Part shown: positions 10,615-21,019 of the stretch, piece by piece | Layout of the letters: each line of letters starts with the position of its first letter | Numbering within the stretch: position 1 is the stretch's first letter | IMG/VR virus record: IMGVR_UViG_3300031251_000001 | Span: 62,001-126,000 of that record | Length of the DNA stretch: 64,000 nt | Reading direction: 5' to 3' (one strand) | The notes under the pieces: model-generated | What the model saw: the letters and a program-made list of their open reading frames with translations, nothing else | What the model was told of the DNA's origin: nothing | Database searches by the model: none | Made by a program: the position numbers and the translations under genes

Positions 10615-11148
10615 TTAGCGGATGCCCCACTCCTTTTTGCGCAGCTCGATCAGCTTCAACCGTGCTTCTTCAAATTGTACCATCTCATCTTGCTTCCCTT
10701 CAGGGGGAGCCAGGTCGGCGTATACTTTGTTGATCGCCGCATTGAACTTCTTGCGGTAGCTGGGGTCGTTCAGATCGCCGATGGTTTCCTTCACCATTTG
10801 ATCAACGCTACGACGGCTGGCAGTCATCTGCCTCTTTTCCTCTTCCTCATCTACCCAGGGCTGGAGCTGCTGACGCAGATCCTTGTCGAGATCGATGAGG
10901 GTTTCAAAAGTTTTGCGGAACATCGAGCCGTTGTCGTTTGCGGCGATGGTGTGGCCGCACTGCAGAAGAGCGCTGTTGTAGATGATTTGCGTCTGCAGCG
11001 ACGTGACTTTGTCGCTGCGGTAGATCTCCTCGCGAGCCATGTTCAGCAGTCGCCACAAGCGAGGATCATCGCGTCGGTATTTCCTGATATCGATTTTGTA
11101 TTGCAGAATCGCACGTAGCGTCAGGCTCGCTACTGGATCCCCTTCCAA
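10615..11148 (-). CDS. Putative tail assembly chaperone, distal part (possibly reached by -1 frameshift)
   Basis: 177 aa directly before the tape measure gene. Overlaps the upstream ORF in the -1 frame and has no RBS at its TTG. Confidence 0.55.
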   Translation of the reverse strand: MEGDPVASLTLRAILQYKIDIRKYRRDDPRLWRLLNMAREEIYRSDKVTSLQTQIIYNSALLQCGHTIAANDNGSMFRKTFETLIDLDKDLRQQLQPWVDEEEEKRQMTASRRSVDQMVKETIGDLNDPSYRKKFNAAINKVYADLAPPEGKQDEMVQFEEARLKLIELRKKEWGIR

Positions 11149-12089
11149 AAAGACGCATGGGGAGCATTCGTCTCCATGTAACCCATGAGCCGGTTGAACT
11201 CACGGAGCGTCTGAAGGAGCATCCGCTGCATGCCTTCATTCTTGATGTACTTATCGAGCATGAACTTGGTGACGTCATCCAGGGTAGCCGGTTTGACGTT
11301 ATTCTCTCCTTCGGGGCCGCCGTCGAGTTTACTGCCGACGTGCCAGCTGCCGGCTTCCGGATTGGTGTCTTTGTTAAGGCCCATCGGGAACTCAACGCTC
11401 CCACCCTCGTACGGGTTGCCGCTGAGCTTGCGGAGCTGCAAGTAGAGGCGGCAACGCAGGTAAGACTCACCGTACTCCTGTTCGCTGAGGGCAATCTTGC
11501 CGTCTCGCATCAGCTGCATGACGTGGTGGGAGATGGCATCCAGCTCGCGGACGGTGAGGACGCGGAACTGAACCTTGATGTGCCCGTTGAGGATGGAATA
11601 CTCTTTGACGAAATCCAACCCGTTCAGGTGCACCAGGTACTGGAGTTTGTCTTCGGGCGTACAGTCGGGGACGTCGCTCTTGCCCTTCTGCTGGTCGTAG
11701 CCGCAGTAGGGACAGAGGTGAGCGTCGGGGTCTTCGGCCCCGGTATCGCCCGGCTTAGTATCCTCCACCGCCGACTTGGCTGGACCTTCGCTGGGCTTCA
11801 TGGTGCCCACGGCGTCCTCGTCACTCAAGGGAACCTCATCGACCGGGGAGGCGACTTGCTGCTGGGCCGCAGCTGCAGCTGTTTGCATGGCCGCTCCGAT
11901 ACCGGGGTGTCGGGCACTCATGCGTTCCAGGCGGTCCTTATCGACCTCGGTGGCACGAGGGTCCAGAGCCTCGCCCGTCGCCAGGCTGCGCGGCATGGTC
12001 GGCTTGGGAGGAGGCGGCGGCATGGGCCGATCCTCTTTGGTCGCAGTAGCCAGACGGAGTGCTTCGGGCGGGAGGTTCTTGGCTGCCAT
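11130..12089 (-). CDS. Putative tail assembly chaperone
   Basis: 319 aa with a disordered N-terminus, CPYC and 'VQFRVLTVRE'. Synteny before the tape measure gene. Confidence 0.55.
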   Translation of the reverse strand: MAAKNLPPEALRLATATKEDRPMPPPPPKPTMPRSLATGEALDPRATEVDKDRLERMSARHPGIGAAMQTAAAAAQQQVASPVDEVPLSDEDAVGTMKPSEGPAKSAVEDTKPGDTGAEDPDAHLCPYCGYDQQKGKSDVPDCTPEDKLQYLVHLNGLDFVKEYSILNGHIKVQFRVLTVRELDAISHHVMQLMRDGKIALSEQEYGESYLRCRLYLQLRKLSGNPYEGGSVEFPMGLNKDTNPEAGSWHVGSKLDGGPEGENNVKPATLDDVTKFMLDKYIKNEGMQRMLLQTLREFNRLMGYMETNAPHASFWKGIQ

Positions 12090-12091
12090 GA

Positions 12092-14773
12092 TTACCCTAT
12101 CATTACCTTAAAGTTGCCCAGCATGGTTACCATTCGCTGGGTGCCTGGTGTGGCGTTTCCGGTCGCATCTGTTCTATCAGCTACGCGACCATTCTGGAAG
12201 TCGATCACGTCGCTGGCGTCGGTCTGCTGGAGGATCTGGTTCTCCGCCCAGGCCTTGCGACCGGGATAGGGAAACAGGTTCTTGCCCTGATAGGTGATGG
12301 ACTCCTGCCGCCAGGTGCCACCACCGGATGCCAGACCCAGGCGGAGCCAACGCTGCCATCTGGGCTCATCGAGAATCAGGGCGGCACTCCCGTACTGCCG
12401 GGAATCATCATCGTCGCGGAAGGAGAAGCCGGCGTCGCTGATGAGGTCCGTGTTGCCGGGGCGGTTGTCGTCGTAGAGATTATTGGTGAAATAGGTGTCG
12501 TAGAATGGCTCAGCAACGCTCAGGGCGTCTTTGAGCGTTTGCTCGTTCTTGTCGCGGGCATCGTTGAGCCTCTTGCCGAAGTCATCCGGCACCTTGGACA
12601 CGGCTCCCGACTTGTCGGCCATCTGCCCAGCGCAGCTGATGGAAGCACCGGAGTAGATAGGGCCGGAGACAAAGAGCTGAGCGGAGGCACCCACGTCGGC
12701 ACCGATGATCCCGACGTTACCACGGATCACGCACTGATTGCCAATGATGCTGGCGTCGCGGCCGAAGGAGTGTAACGTCGTGAACTTGCCCTGGTCGATG
12801 TTGCCGACCCACATGTTGATGCCGGACTCGGTGAAGTAGTTGGTCTGCTGGGCGTGCAGAATGATGGAGCTTTTTCGTTTGTTGGCATCGAGGACGATGT
12901 CACCTGATTTCTGGGTGCCCACTCCGGTCCGCATGTAGACATTATCGGACCAGGTCACGATCGAGGTCTTGGACTTCAGGATCACTCCTGAAGATATGAC
13001 ATCTTCTCCTACCTTGTCGTGATAGAGGAAGCCGCCTTCCTCGTCGGTAGCTTCGATGATCGCCGATTTGCTCAGCGTCTGAAGGTTGCCCTTCTGGGCT
13101 GCCACTCGCACGTCCCCGTTGGAGGAACTCATGTCCGTGGAGCCGTGCGAAACGGTAACCAGCTCACCTGTCAGGATCAGCGTACGACCGCCAGAGAGGA
13201 TCTCAATGCCGTCCGGGGCGTGCATGAAGATCTTGCCGTTGCGAGCACCAAAGTGGCAACCACTGCCGTCGCCGAGGTCGATCGAGCCATCGGGCCGGAG
13301 CATCAGGAATGAGGTACGGCGATAATAATCGACGTTACCGTAGCGATGGTCAATGCGGCACTGCACGGGGGTAGCCGGGGTCATGGCCCGGCGAGCAGAG
13401 ATCGGGGAGTAATCTACGTTTTCCTGTGACCGCGTAAAAATGGAGTCTCGGTCGTTCTGCAGCTCGAAATCGAGCTTATGGTAGTAAAAGGGGTGGATGG
13501 CCTTCCAGCCCGTCAGGTAGGCCAGTTCGTCGTCTACGGCGGTTCCGGTGGCATCCAGGGCCGCCTTGACCACGTGGGCCGGTCCACCGCCAGTAAGGCC
13601 ACTTCCCTTGTAGTTGGGCGTTTGGCCCTTGGAGCGGTCACCAGTGGGGTCAGCGGGGTCCTTGCGGCGTTGAGGGTAGGCGTTCACCAGCTGCTTGACC
13701 AGACTGATCGACTGGGCCGCTTGGATTGCCAGGCTGCCTTCCAGGCCCTTGCTGATGGTCAGGAGGCCCACAGGATTGTGATCTGGCCCATTGACGGTGG
13801 ATGAAGCGGCAGGGGCGGAGATGGCCTCGTAGCCGCCCTGGCCCAGGTAACCGCCATATTCAACGACCCGCCCATAGGGCCTGATGGCCTTATCGGCTGC
13901 TTTACGGTCCACGGAGCCCTGGAGGGCACTGTACCAGACCTTGTTGTCGGTGGTCGTCTCCGTGGCATCCACGCCGTTCTGGAGGTAGCCAACACCCTCC
14001 CAGTCGTAGATCAGGGACAACCGCTCACTGAAGGGCTCTACGCCGCTGTCCGTGCCCTGGAAGAGCAACTCAGCAGGACTGAAGACCTCCAGGAGCTTGC
14101 CGGCCAAGCGGGTAGCCTCATCGACCCAGTTAAGGGTCAGGCCGCAGATCTCCGACATCCGGAGCTGGATGAGGTAGGGGTTATGCAGAAAGGTGGATCC
14201 GGTGATGAAGGTTCCGCCGGTGTCCAGGAGGAGTGAGTCAATCGGGCTGCCACCTGAGAAGTCGAGCATGCCGCCATTGCGATCGAGCTTGGCACCCTGG
14301 TTGTGGGCAGCGTTGCGGAAGAAGCCGGTGCCGGCACCCTGGAGGAGCCAACCAGGTCGGTAGACCCAGGCGTCGTAGAGACTACTGGGAGCAACGCAGA
14401 GGATGGTCCCCACCGTAGCACCGGGATGGTGCATCACCAGCACACGCTGACCGGGGAGGATCATCTCGAAATCAATGCGACCGAGGGGGCTGTTGTTGGT
14501 CTTACCACGGAAACAACCCAGCGAGCCGTACGAGTTCTCCAGCTCGACTTTGTACCAGCCCATGAAGGGTGCTGCCTGGTTGACCTTGCCGAACGAAAAG
14601 ATGGGCGGAGCATTCTTGGCCCCGAAACGACTGAAGAACGAAAAGGAGTCTCCCGTGGGCTGCAAGGGGGAGAGCCCTGGATTCATACTGAGCTGCTGGC
14701 GGATGATCTTGGGGATACGACTGTCAGGAGCACCCACAGTGCCGTAGTTCGTTCCGCCGATTCGATGTTCCAT
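12092..14773 (-). CDS. Baseplate central spike / VgrG-gp5-like protein
   Basis: ~893 aa from ATG 14773 (GAGG RBS). OB-fold-like N-terminus (ILPGQRVLV) and beta-helix-like repeats (LRPDGSIDLGDGSG). Confidence 0.6.
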   Translation of the reverse strand: MEHRIGGTNYGTVGAPDSRIPKIIRQQLSMNPGLSPLQPTGDSFSFFSRFGAKNAPPIFSFGKVNQAAPFMGWYKVELENSYGSLGCFRGKTNNSPLGRIDFEMILPGQRVLVMHHPGATVGTILCVAPSSLYDAWVYRPGWLLQGAGTGFFRNAAHNQGAKLDRNGGMLDFSGGSPIDSLLLDTGGTFITGSTFLHNPYLIQLRMSEICGLTLNWVDEATRLAGKLLEVFSPAELLFQGTDSGVEPFSERLSLIYDWEGVGYLQNGVDATETTTDNKVWYSALQGSVDRKAADKAIRPYGRVVEYGGYLGQGGYEAISAPAASSTVNGPDHNPVGLLTISKGLEGSLAIQAAQSISLVKQLVNAYPQRRKDPADPTGDRSKGQTPNYKGSGLTGGGPAHVVKAALDATGTAVDDELAYLTGWKAIHPFYYHKLDFELQNDRDSIFTRSQENVDYSPISARRAMTPATPVQCRIDHRYGNVDYYRRTSFLMLRPDGSIDLGDGSGCHFGARNGKIFMHAPDGIEILSGGRTLILTGELVTVSHGSTDMSSSNGDVRVAAQKGNLQTLSKSAIIEATDEEGGFLYHDKVGEDVISSGVILKSKTSIVTWSDNVYMRTGVGTQKSGDIVLDANKRKSSIILHAQQTNYFTESGINMWVGNIDQGKFTTLHSFGRDASIIGNQCVIRGNVGIIGADVGASAQLFVSGPIYSGASISCAGQMADKSGAVSKVPDDFGKRLNDARDKNEQTLKDALSVAEPFYDTYFTNNLYDDNRPGNTDLISDAGFSFRDDDDSRQYGSAALILDEPRWQRWLRLGLASGGGTWRQESITYQGKNLFPYPGRKAWAENQILQQTDASDVIDFQNGRVADRTDATGNATPGTQRMVTMLGNFKVMIG

Positions 14774-14806
14774 AGCTACCTCGTCAGAGCAGTCTAACAA
14801 CAAGCA

Positions 14807-14830
14807 ACCCGCTGGGGAATCCCAGCGGGT
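14807..14830 (-). terminator. Stem-loop after tail tube gene
   Basis: 10-bp perfect stem ACCCGCTGGG/CCCAGCGGGT with a weak U-tract on the minus strand. Confidence 0.6.
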
Positions 14831-14855
14831 CGAGGAGTAAGCGAGGGAACCAGGA

Positions 14856-15392
14856 TTAAGCGCTCTGCAGGTTCATGCCGGTGAACATCAGACCCATCTG
14901 GTCGGAGAACATCGTGATCTCCCCAGCCTGGACTGAGATCTGCACCGAGGTGAGCAGGGCGTACTTGCACAGGTAGTTGGTGAGGTTAGCAGCCTGAGCA
15001 GCGGCCGCCGCTGTCTGCGACACCGTGGCGCCGGCAGGACCGCAACCACGCTGGAAGCGAAGGTTGAGATCGTTGTTGTCCTGCGAGTTGGCCACATTGC
15101 AGACGTCGCCGTACTTGTCGTAGAACGCCTTGATCGCCACGGGTGGTCCAAGGATACGGCTCAGGTTGGCCATACCGCTGGTACGACCAGTCAGGTAGTA
15201 GACGTTGGAGGTGGCGGTGCCGTCCTGCTGGAAGGCCCCGATTTCGTATTGTCGCTGGGCCGCATAATTGTGTTGGAAGCTGACCGTCTGCACGAGAGCG
15301 ACGTCCAGCGTTCCAAAGGCAATCGCGGCCGAATTGGAGTCAAACGCGCCACCGAAGTTGGTGGCTCCGCGTGTATAGATATCTGCGCCCAT
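14856..15392 (-). CDS. Tail tube protein
   Basis: 178 aa directly after the sheath gene; 'QRQYEIG...YYLTGRTSG...LSRILGP'. Confidence 0.7.
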   Translation of the reverse strand: MGADIYTRGATNFGGAFDSNSAAIAFGTLDVALVQTVSFQHNYAAQRQYEIGAFQQDGTATSNVYYLTGRTSGMANLSRILGPPVAIKAFYDKYGDVCNVANSQDNNDLNLRFQRGCGPAGATVSQTAAAAAQAANLTNYLCKYALLTSVQISVQAGEITMFSDQMGLMFTGMNLQSA

Positions 15393-15444
15393 GAAACCTC
15401 CGTGTTACTGATCGTAGTTAGCTGTCATCCTGACCGCTGGAGAA

Positions 15445-18279
15445 TTAGAACGAGATGTACAGATCGACGCCGTTGTTAGGAGCGACGCCTGTGCAGCTGG
15501 CGTACACATTGATGCGATCCTGGTTGATCGGATCGCGTGAGACGAGAACGTCACCGTTGATGCTCTGCAGCTGCGGTCCCAGATCAGGGTTGATGATGGT
15601 ATCCGTCTTGCTGCGGAGAATCGCGTTGGTGAGATCGCGAATCTTGCCCACCAGGCGGTCGGTGGTATTGGTACGACCCTTGAAGGGTTCATAAGCGTCG
15701 GCGAAGGCATAGAGGACGTCGTACTTGTTACGCACCATCATCTCTTCGCGAACACTGATGTTGTTGGTGTCACCGGTGGTCACAGCATGGCGGGTGTAGA
15801 TACGACCCGTCGCTGGATCCTGGGTGATGATGCAACCGCCGGCTGCGGCGATCGTATCCTGGTTGTCGTCGCTGAAGCGGCGAGTGATTCGCTGGACACT
15901 GGAGAAGCCCAGGAGTTCGACGTTGGTGAGGCCCTGGTTAGGCAGAACACCGTACGCCAATCCCACCCAGGCACAGCAAGCGAAGTAACCAGGCACGCTC
16001 TCGGCACCCGACTCGAAGGAGTCGGGGACGATGCGGCTGATCGTTTCGCTGGAGTCAGCACCGCACTGAGCGGCGAACTCGGCGGCTTCCAGGCCGGCGT
16101 CAGTGTTTCGCCACACCTCGCCCTTGCTGGCGACGCTGATGGCAACCGAAGTACCGGTCACCAGACGCAGCTCCTCCTCCGACACGACTTCGGCGATGAC
16201 GTATTCAGCGTAAGTGACGCCACCGAAGCCATTGGTACCGTAACCGAAGCGGAAGATATCACCAGCGTGAACGCCATTGGTGATGAACCCGGCGTTGGAG
16301 GTGGTGCAAATGACACGGGTGTATTGAGTACCCGTGGTATCGGGATCGTCCGAGGTCGTGAACAGGGCCACTGCCTCGTCCAGGGTAGTAGGCAGTGTAT
16401 GGCCTACCACGCTCGAGCCGGCGGAGACGACCGGGATCGCCGGAGTGGCGAAGGTCGGCAAGAAGACGCGACGGAACTTCTTGTTGATGGCAGAACCCAT
16501 CGCCGCCACGTGTGCGATCGCCAGGTCATGCACGTCGGGGTCGTTGCTGCAGACCGCGATGGCTCCCACGTCGTTTCGCTGAGCCAAGTCACCAAAGCCT
16601 GAAGCCCAGGAATTGATGTCATCGGGGTTAGCGATACAGCGGAACAGGATTGTGGAGGTGTTGTTGCCACCGTTCTGCAGGGCGTAACGGACACCACGAT
16701 AACCGGGGTTATCATTGCTGTCGTCGCCACCCAGCAACGTCGGTAGCTGGCTCACGTCCGTGAAGGACAAGACGGAGTCAGAGATGTCACCACGCCAGTA
16801 TTGAGCTTCGACGTACAGCACGCCGTAACCCTTGCTCGCTTCCGAGACCAGGGGGATACGGAGCAGGGCACCACCGTTGGTCCAGCTTGGATCGGTGAGG
16901 GTGATACCGGACTTGACGGTCAGCTGCGTCTGGGTCGTCGAGAAGCTGACATTCGGGGGCGACCAGGTCTGGTTGCGAGGCAACTGGATTGAGGGCACCC
17001 GGATGAACAGAGTCAAGTCGACTTCAGTGTCATCGTCGATCGTGGAGTCGAAGTTGTTGGTGAGCTCCAGGTACTTCATGGCCCCGGTCGTCGCGGCGGT
17101 GGCGGCAATGGTGTACTTGTCGCCCTTCCGCAAGCCGGTGTGGCTGAAGGCTCCGGTGACTCCCAGGGAGCCGATGAGGACAGGGGTAGCGGCAGCCGTC
17201 ACACTGGTTGGCCCGCTCTGATCGATACCATTGCTGGTGGAGACGGTGATCTGAGGAGGAGTGCCGTCCGTGAACTCACCGCCACGGGTCACTTCGATGA
17301 TGTAGACGGTATCCTGCCCGCCGCTGTAGGTGCCGGCAGCCGTGACCGCGGAAGCGGTGTGAGCACCGACCACAGCGTAGGACCAGACCTGACCGACCAC
17401 AATGTTGCTGGGGCTGATGCCGGCGGATGTGGCGGTCGAGATACAACTAGAACCAGTGGTGTAGGTGAAGGTCACTGTCAAGCCACGGGTACCGACTGCC
17501 TTGGCGACGCCGGTGGCGGCAGGCGAGAAGCTGGCGACGTCATCCAGGCCCGAAGCACTGGTAACACGGAAGACGGCTGTGGTCAGATCGCCACCGATGG
17601 AGCCTTCGAGCACCGTGAAGGTGTAGGTATCGGTGATGAAGCCATCGTGCTGGCCGTTATAGCCAGCTGCGCTGCCGGTGGCGAAAATACAATTCACGCC
17701 GCCGCCTGTTTGCGTCGGAGTAGCGGAAGCAGAAGTGGTACCGGCGTTCCCGGCCACTGCGGCAGCCGAACCGACCACAGCATCGACTGTCACACCCTTG
17801 ACGCTGCGGACGGTGCTCCACAGGGTGATCGGGGCGGAAGCGTTGTTAATCGCTCGCACTTTGACCACGTCACCGGCCTGGACGTCGCGGTCCTTGAAGG
17901 CACCGCTGCGGGCGATGCCGCCGTTGGCAGCGAAGTTCAGATCGGAAGAGAAGATAAGGTTGGGGCCGTCACCAGACTTGGTGATGGAGGAACCACCGGT
18001 GGAAGAATCGGTGAAATACTGGAGCAAGGCGTCTTTGACGAACACCTTGGTAAAGGTCTCGCTGACTCGCGAGGTTCCGGGTTTGCCTGGCCAGCTGAAT
18101 GTCTGGTCGAGAAGACCATCGTAGTAATCCAGACGCCCCTGGGCCTGCTCGGCGGGAACGCCGAAACGAATCAGCTGGGCCACTGGCGCCATGACCACAC
18201 CGCGGCGTGGGCTGACGTTGACAGTGGGCTGAATCGTCGAGGTCTGGAAAATGCGGTTTTGAGGCCGGATATACGTCAC
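15445..18279 (-). CDS. Tail sheath protein
   Basis: 944 aa. N-terminal 'YIRP', C-terminal sheath core (HVAAM...FRR; PNQGLTN; TRHAVTT; P.N.VDLY) and inserted beta-rich domains. GGAGG RBS. Confidence 0.8.
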   Translation of the reverse strand: MTYIRPQNRIFQTSTIQPTVNVSPRRGVVMAPVAQLIRFGVPAEQAQGRLDYYDGLLDQTFSWPGKPGTSRVSETFTKVFVKDALLQYFTDSSTGGSSITKSGDGPNLIFSSDLNFAANGGIARSGAFKDRDVQAGDVVKVRAINNASAPITLWSTVRSVKGVTVDAVVGSAAAVAGNAGTTSASATPTQTGGGVNCIFATGSAAGYNGQHDGFITDTYTFTVLEGSIGGDLTTAVFRVTSASGLDDVASFSPAATGVAKAVGTRGLTVTFTYTTGSSCISTATSAGISPSNIVVGQVWSYAVVGAHTASAVTAAGTYSGGQDTVYIIEVTRGGEFTDGTPPQITVSTSNGIDQSGPTSVTAAATPVLIGSLGVTGAFSHTGLRKGDKYTIAATAATTGAMKYLELTNNFDSTIDDDTEVDLTLFIRVPSIQLPRNQTWSPPNVSFSTTQTQLTVKSGITLTDPSWTNGGALLRIPLVSEASKGYGVLYVEAQYWRGDISDSVLSFTDVSQLPTLLGGDDSNDNPGYRGVRYALQNGGNNTSTILFRCIANPDDINSWASGFGDLAQRNDVGAIAVCSNDPDVHDLAIAHVAAMGSAINKKFRRVFLPTFATPAIPVVSAGSSVVGHTLPTTLDEAVALFTTSDDPDTTGTQYTRVICTTSNAGFITNGVHAGDIFRFGYGTNGFGGVTYAEYVIAEVVSEEELRLVTGTSVAISVASKGEVWRNTDAGLEAAEFAAQCGADSSETISRIVPDSFESGAESVPGYFACCAWVGLAYGVLPNQGLTNVELLGFSSVQRITRRFSDDNQDTIAAAGGCIITQDPATGRIYTRHAVTTGDTNNISVREEMMVRNKYDVLYAFADAYEPFKGRTNTTDRLVGKIRDLTNAILRSKTDTIINPDLGPQLQSINGDVLVSRDPINQDRINVYASCTGVAPNNGVDLYISF

Positions 18280-18303
18280 GTCACTTCCTCCGTGTCGGGT
18301 GGC

Positions 18304-19014
18304 TTATTGCAAGACGGTATTGGCAGTCAGGATCACATCTTTAAGTATGGGTGATTCCTGATTTAATTTCCACATGTAGTCGAAGGCCCAGGAGATGTTG
18401 ATGGGGCAAGCGAAGGCTTCGCGAGCCTCTTCGATCTCGGACGGCCCCTCCATCCCAACGACCTTGTAGTCCCATAATCTGAGCTTCGTGCCGATGATGG
18501 GAGCGGTCTCCGCCAGGGCCATGGCCGCTTCTACACCCAGCCAGAGAGCGCCTTCTCCGTTGGAGTGAATAGCGAAGACAGTGTGTGTCCCCAGGATGCG
18601 AAAGGTGTAGCAGGCTTGGTTGTCTTCATAGCCGAGGCGGTTGGCGATGCTGGTGACCTGGAACTTCATTCCGTGCGACTTGACCACCAGAGCAGGGCGA
18701 ACTCCGACGTCTCTCATCTTGATGCGATAGATCGATTCAATGGTGATGTCGGAGGGTGTGGAAGAGGTGGTGGGTCGCCAGACCTTATTGCGCAGGGTCG
18801 TCTCCCCGAGTGTCTGGGGTTGGGAGAACTGGGTCCGCAAGATCTGGATGATGGAGCCCTTGATGGCGATCGGGTGCATAGCCCGGCTGCAGACGGTATC
18901 CAGCAGGTCGCTGGGAACGAGCTGGACGATCTCCGGTGGCGTATCCGATGAAGAGTCATCGGGTGGACACCACTGGTTCTGTGCGTCATCACTGACTGGC
19001 TGACTGTTCGGCAT
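18304..19014 (-). CDS. Putative tail terminator / neck protein
   Basis: 236 aa just upstream of the sheath gene, with an 'RPALVV' motif. Confidence 0.5.
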   Translation of the reverse strand: MPNSQPVSDDAQNQWCPPDDSSSDTPPEIVQLVPSDLLDTVCSRAMHPIAIKGSIIQILRTQFSQPQTLGETTLRNKVWRPTTSSTPSDITIESIYRIKMRDVGVRPALVVKSHGMKFQVTSIANRLGYEDNQACYTFRILGTHTVFAIHSNGEGALWLGVEAAMALAETAPIIGTKLRLWDYKVVGMEGPSEIEEAREAFACPINISWAFDYMWKLNQESPILKDVILTANTVLQ

Positions 19015-19205
19015 TAGCGTCCTTGCTTATTCCGGTCGTCGTAACCACGATGGCTGGTATCGGCTGGTGGCTTCTGGAGACGTTCGATAACAGCTTGCGG
19101 GTGCTCGAACGTGTAGTGGTTCAAGGAGATTTTCCCGATGAGGGGATTGCTCTCCTTGGACTTTTTCTTTTTCTCTTCGTTTTCATCCCGCGAGAAGGGC
19201 GGCAT
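19014..19205 (-). CDS. Small hypothetical protein
   Basis: 63 aa ORF filling the gap; its stop overlaps the next start. Confidence 0.45.
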   Translation of the reverse strand: MPPFSRDENEEKKKKSKESNPLIGKISLNHYTFEHPQAVIERLQKPPADTSHRGYDDRNKQGR

Positions 19206-20061
19206 AGGCGGCCTGCTGTGGTATTTGGACTTTGTAAATGACGTCGTTTACCGGAGCGAGCTTCAGCTCTACGGACCCCAGGATGGGGGTGCCGCGAATC
19301 TCCTTGGTGTTCTGGATCGGGCCAATGTAGTAGCGGTCATCGGTCCGCAGGTTGACCCAGACGTCGTAAGGGTCGACCATGGGAATGAGCAACATCTCCC
19401 CTTTGATCTTAACCAAGGACCAGGGTCCTTTGGTCTCGCCGTCGAGCTGCAGATCCGTCTCTGAGGGGGTAGGACGAATCCAGACGCAGTCGACAGGGTA
19501 GAAGTAGCCGCAGGTAAAACCTGTGCCAACACAGACTTCGCACTGCGGATCTTTGATGTCGCCTGTCTCTTCACTGGTGCAGCGAGGACAAGGGGTGCCG
19601 GTGATCCGCCGCTTGAGCAGGAGCCCAAGCTGGCAGCGTAGGTCACGGCGGAACTTGAGCGTCTCGGTGAAGTAGGTGTGCTGCAGGATTCGCCACGATT
19701 CCGGATCCAGCGTCCCTTCGATCGATGTGGGCTGTGAGTAGTAGACACCCAGGTCGGTGGTGAGGCGGATGCGGTAGTGGGTATAGACGATGTCGCCGCT
19801 GATGTGGTCATCGGGGTCCGTCATGCTGAAGGCGTCAACGACGTCGGAGCCCACGGGCGTCCAGTCGGTGGCGCTGGCATTGCCGGTGTAGCCGATCTGT
19901 ACCTGGAAGGTGTACGGCCCTGGATCGGTGAAATCTGTTCGCAGATCCCAGTAGATCGACGTGCCGCCCCGGTTGATGAACGACACAATGACCCGCTCAA
20001 AGACGGAATCGCAATTCCGGGGGTCACAGGCGACGTCAGTGGTGTTGCAGGTATTGGTCAA
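19183..20061 (-). CDS. Putative head closure / neck protein with Zn-binding motif
   Basis: 292 aa with 'GTPCPRC...CEVCVGTGF..GY'. Located in the neck position. Confidence 0.55.
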   Translation of the reverse strand: MTNTCNTTDVACDPRNCDSVFERVIVSFINRGGTSIYWDLRTDFTDPGPYTFQVQIGYTGNASATDWTPVGSDVVDAFSMTDPDDHISGDIVYTHYRIRLTTDLGVYYSQPTSIEGTLDPESWRILQHTYFTETLKFRRDLRCQLGLLLKRRITGTPCPRCTSEETGDIKDPQCEVCVGTGFTCGYFYPVDCVWIRPTPSETDLQLDGETKGPWSLVKIKGEMLLIPMVDPYDVWVNLRTDDRYYIGPIQNTKEIRGTPILGSVELKLAPVNDVIYKVQIPQQAAYAALLAG

Positions 20062-20064
20062 GGT

Positions 20065-20928
20065 TTAGAGGTACCCGCTGAGCATGCTGTAATCAGAGTT
20101 CACTTCACCCCAGCACTGGTTGAAGCTGTTGGCTGCCTTCTGACCAGCCACGAACTTCTCGTACGCTGCCAGGTCAGTACGTGCCCAGCGATCGTAGGTG
20201 GCATCACGGTTGAAGGGATCGTCCGGGGAGTTCATCTTGTTACGGGCGTAGCCGGCTGCGGCCCCGAGCTGCAGGAGGGCCACGGTGGCACGCAGCCATT
20301 GTTCGCGGTACGGGAAGCTCCTGGTGTGATAGACGTATTGCGGCATCTGCGGTCGCATCTCGTTCCATATCGTCACCGGGCGGGTGTAGGCCATCATGAT
20401 CTCGTCGGCCCCGAACTCGGCCCGCTGCAAGAGCACGTTATCGACTCGCCCGTTGTCGCGGATGGCGTAACGGATTTCGGAGATCGTCGGTGGTCCACGC
20501 CTGGTAGCAAGTTCGTTGGCAAGCATGACCCAGTTGGATCGTTCAATGCTGAGGACGCTGCGGGCGATGCGATTAGGCCGAGTGGTCCCCGTAGGCACGA
20601 TTCCCCATTCAATGCCCCAGATACCGGGGCTGTCGAGGAGGTCGTCCGGCAAGTCGACTGACATAAGTGTGGGCGACGTCCTAGTGGCTGTGACTTTGTA
20701 AATGGGATCGCTGCAGCGGTCGGATGTCTGATCACGGTTGCCGTGGGATAGAGGTTCACGGATGACGGCGTAGATGGTATCGCTGTCCAGCGTGGTAATG
20801 GGGGCGCCGCTGGGGTCGCGAAACGAGAACTGCAAGGTAGCGGAAACACCGCCGTCAATGACGTACGCCCTGGCGCGTTCCAGGGTCTTGCAGCCGTCGA
20901 TAATCGGAATGGTTTCAGGGTAGAGCAT
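20065..20928 (-). CDS. Putative head-tail adaptor / neck protein
   Basis: Start moved to ATG 20928 (GGAG RBS, downstream of a terminator). Contains 'IRYAIRD...N.LL...EF...EI'. Confidence 0.5.
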   Translation of the reverse strand: MLYPETIPIIDGCKTLERARAYVIDGGVSATLQFSFRDPSGAPITTLDSDTIYAVIREPLSHGNRDQTSDRCSDPIYKVTATRTSPTLMSVDLPDDLLDSPGIWGIEWGIVPTGTTRPNRIARSVLSIERSNWVMLANELATRRGPPTISEIRYAIRDNGRVDNVLLQRAEFGADEIMMAYTRPVTIWNEMRPQMPQYVYHTRSFPYREQWLRATVALLQLGAAAGYARNKMNSPDDPFNRDATYDRWARTDLAAYEKFVAGQKAANSFNQCWGEVNSDYSMLSGYL

Positions 20929-20977
20929 GGACTCCCATCCTTGGTCGTCGTGTTTCTCCAGTATACCCTGAGTGACG

Positions 20978-21009
20978 GCTAAAGAAAAAGATCGGGGCCG
21001 AAGCCCCGA
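20978..21009 (-). terminator. Intrinsic terminator with TTTTCTTTAGC tail
   Basis: TCGGGGC-TTCG-GCCCCGA followed by TCTTTTTCTTTAGC. Confidence 0.85.
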
Positions 21010-21019
21010 CCTCGTGAGT

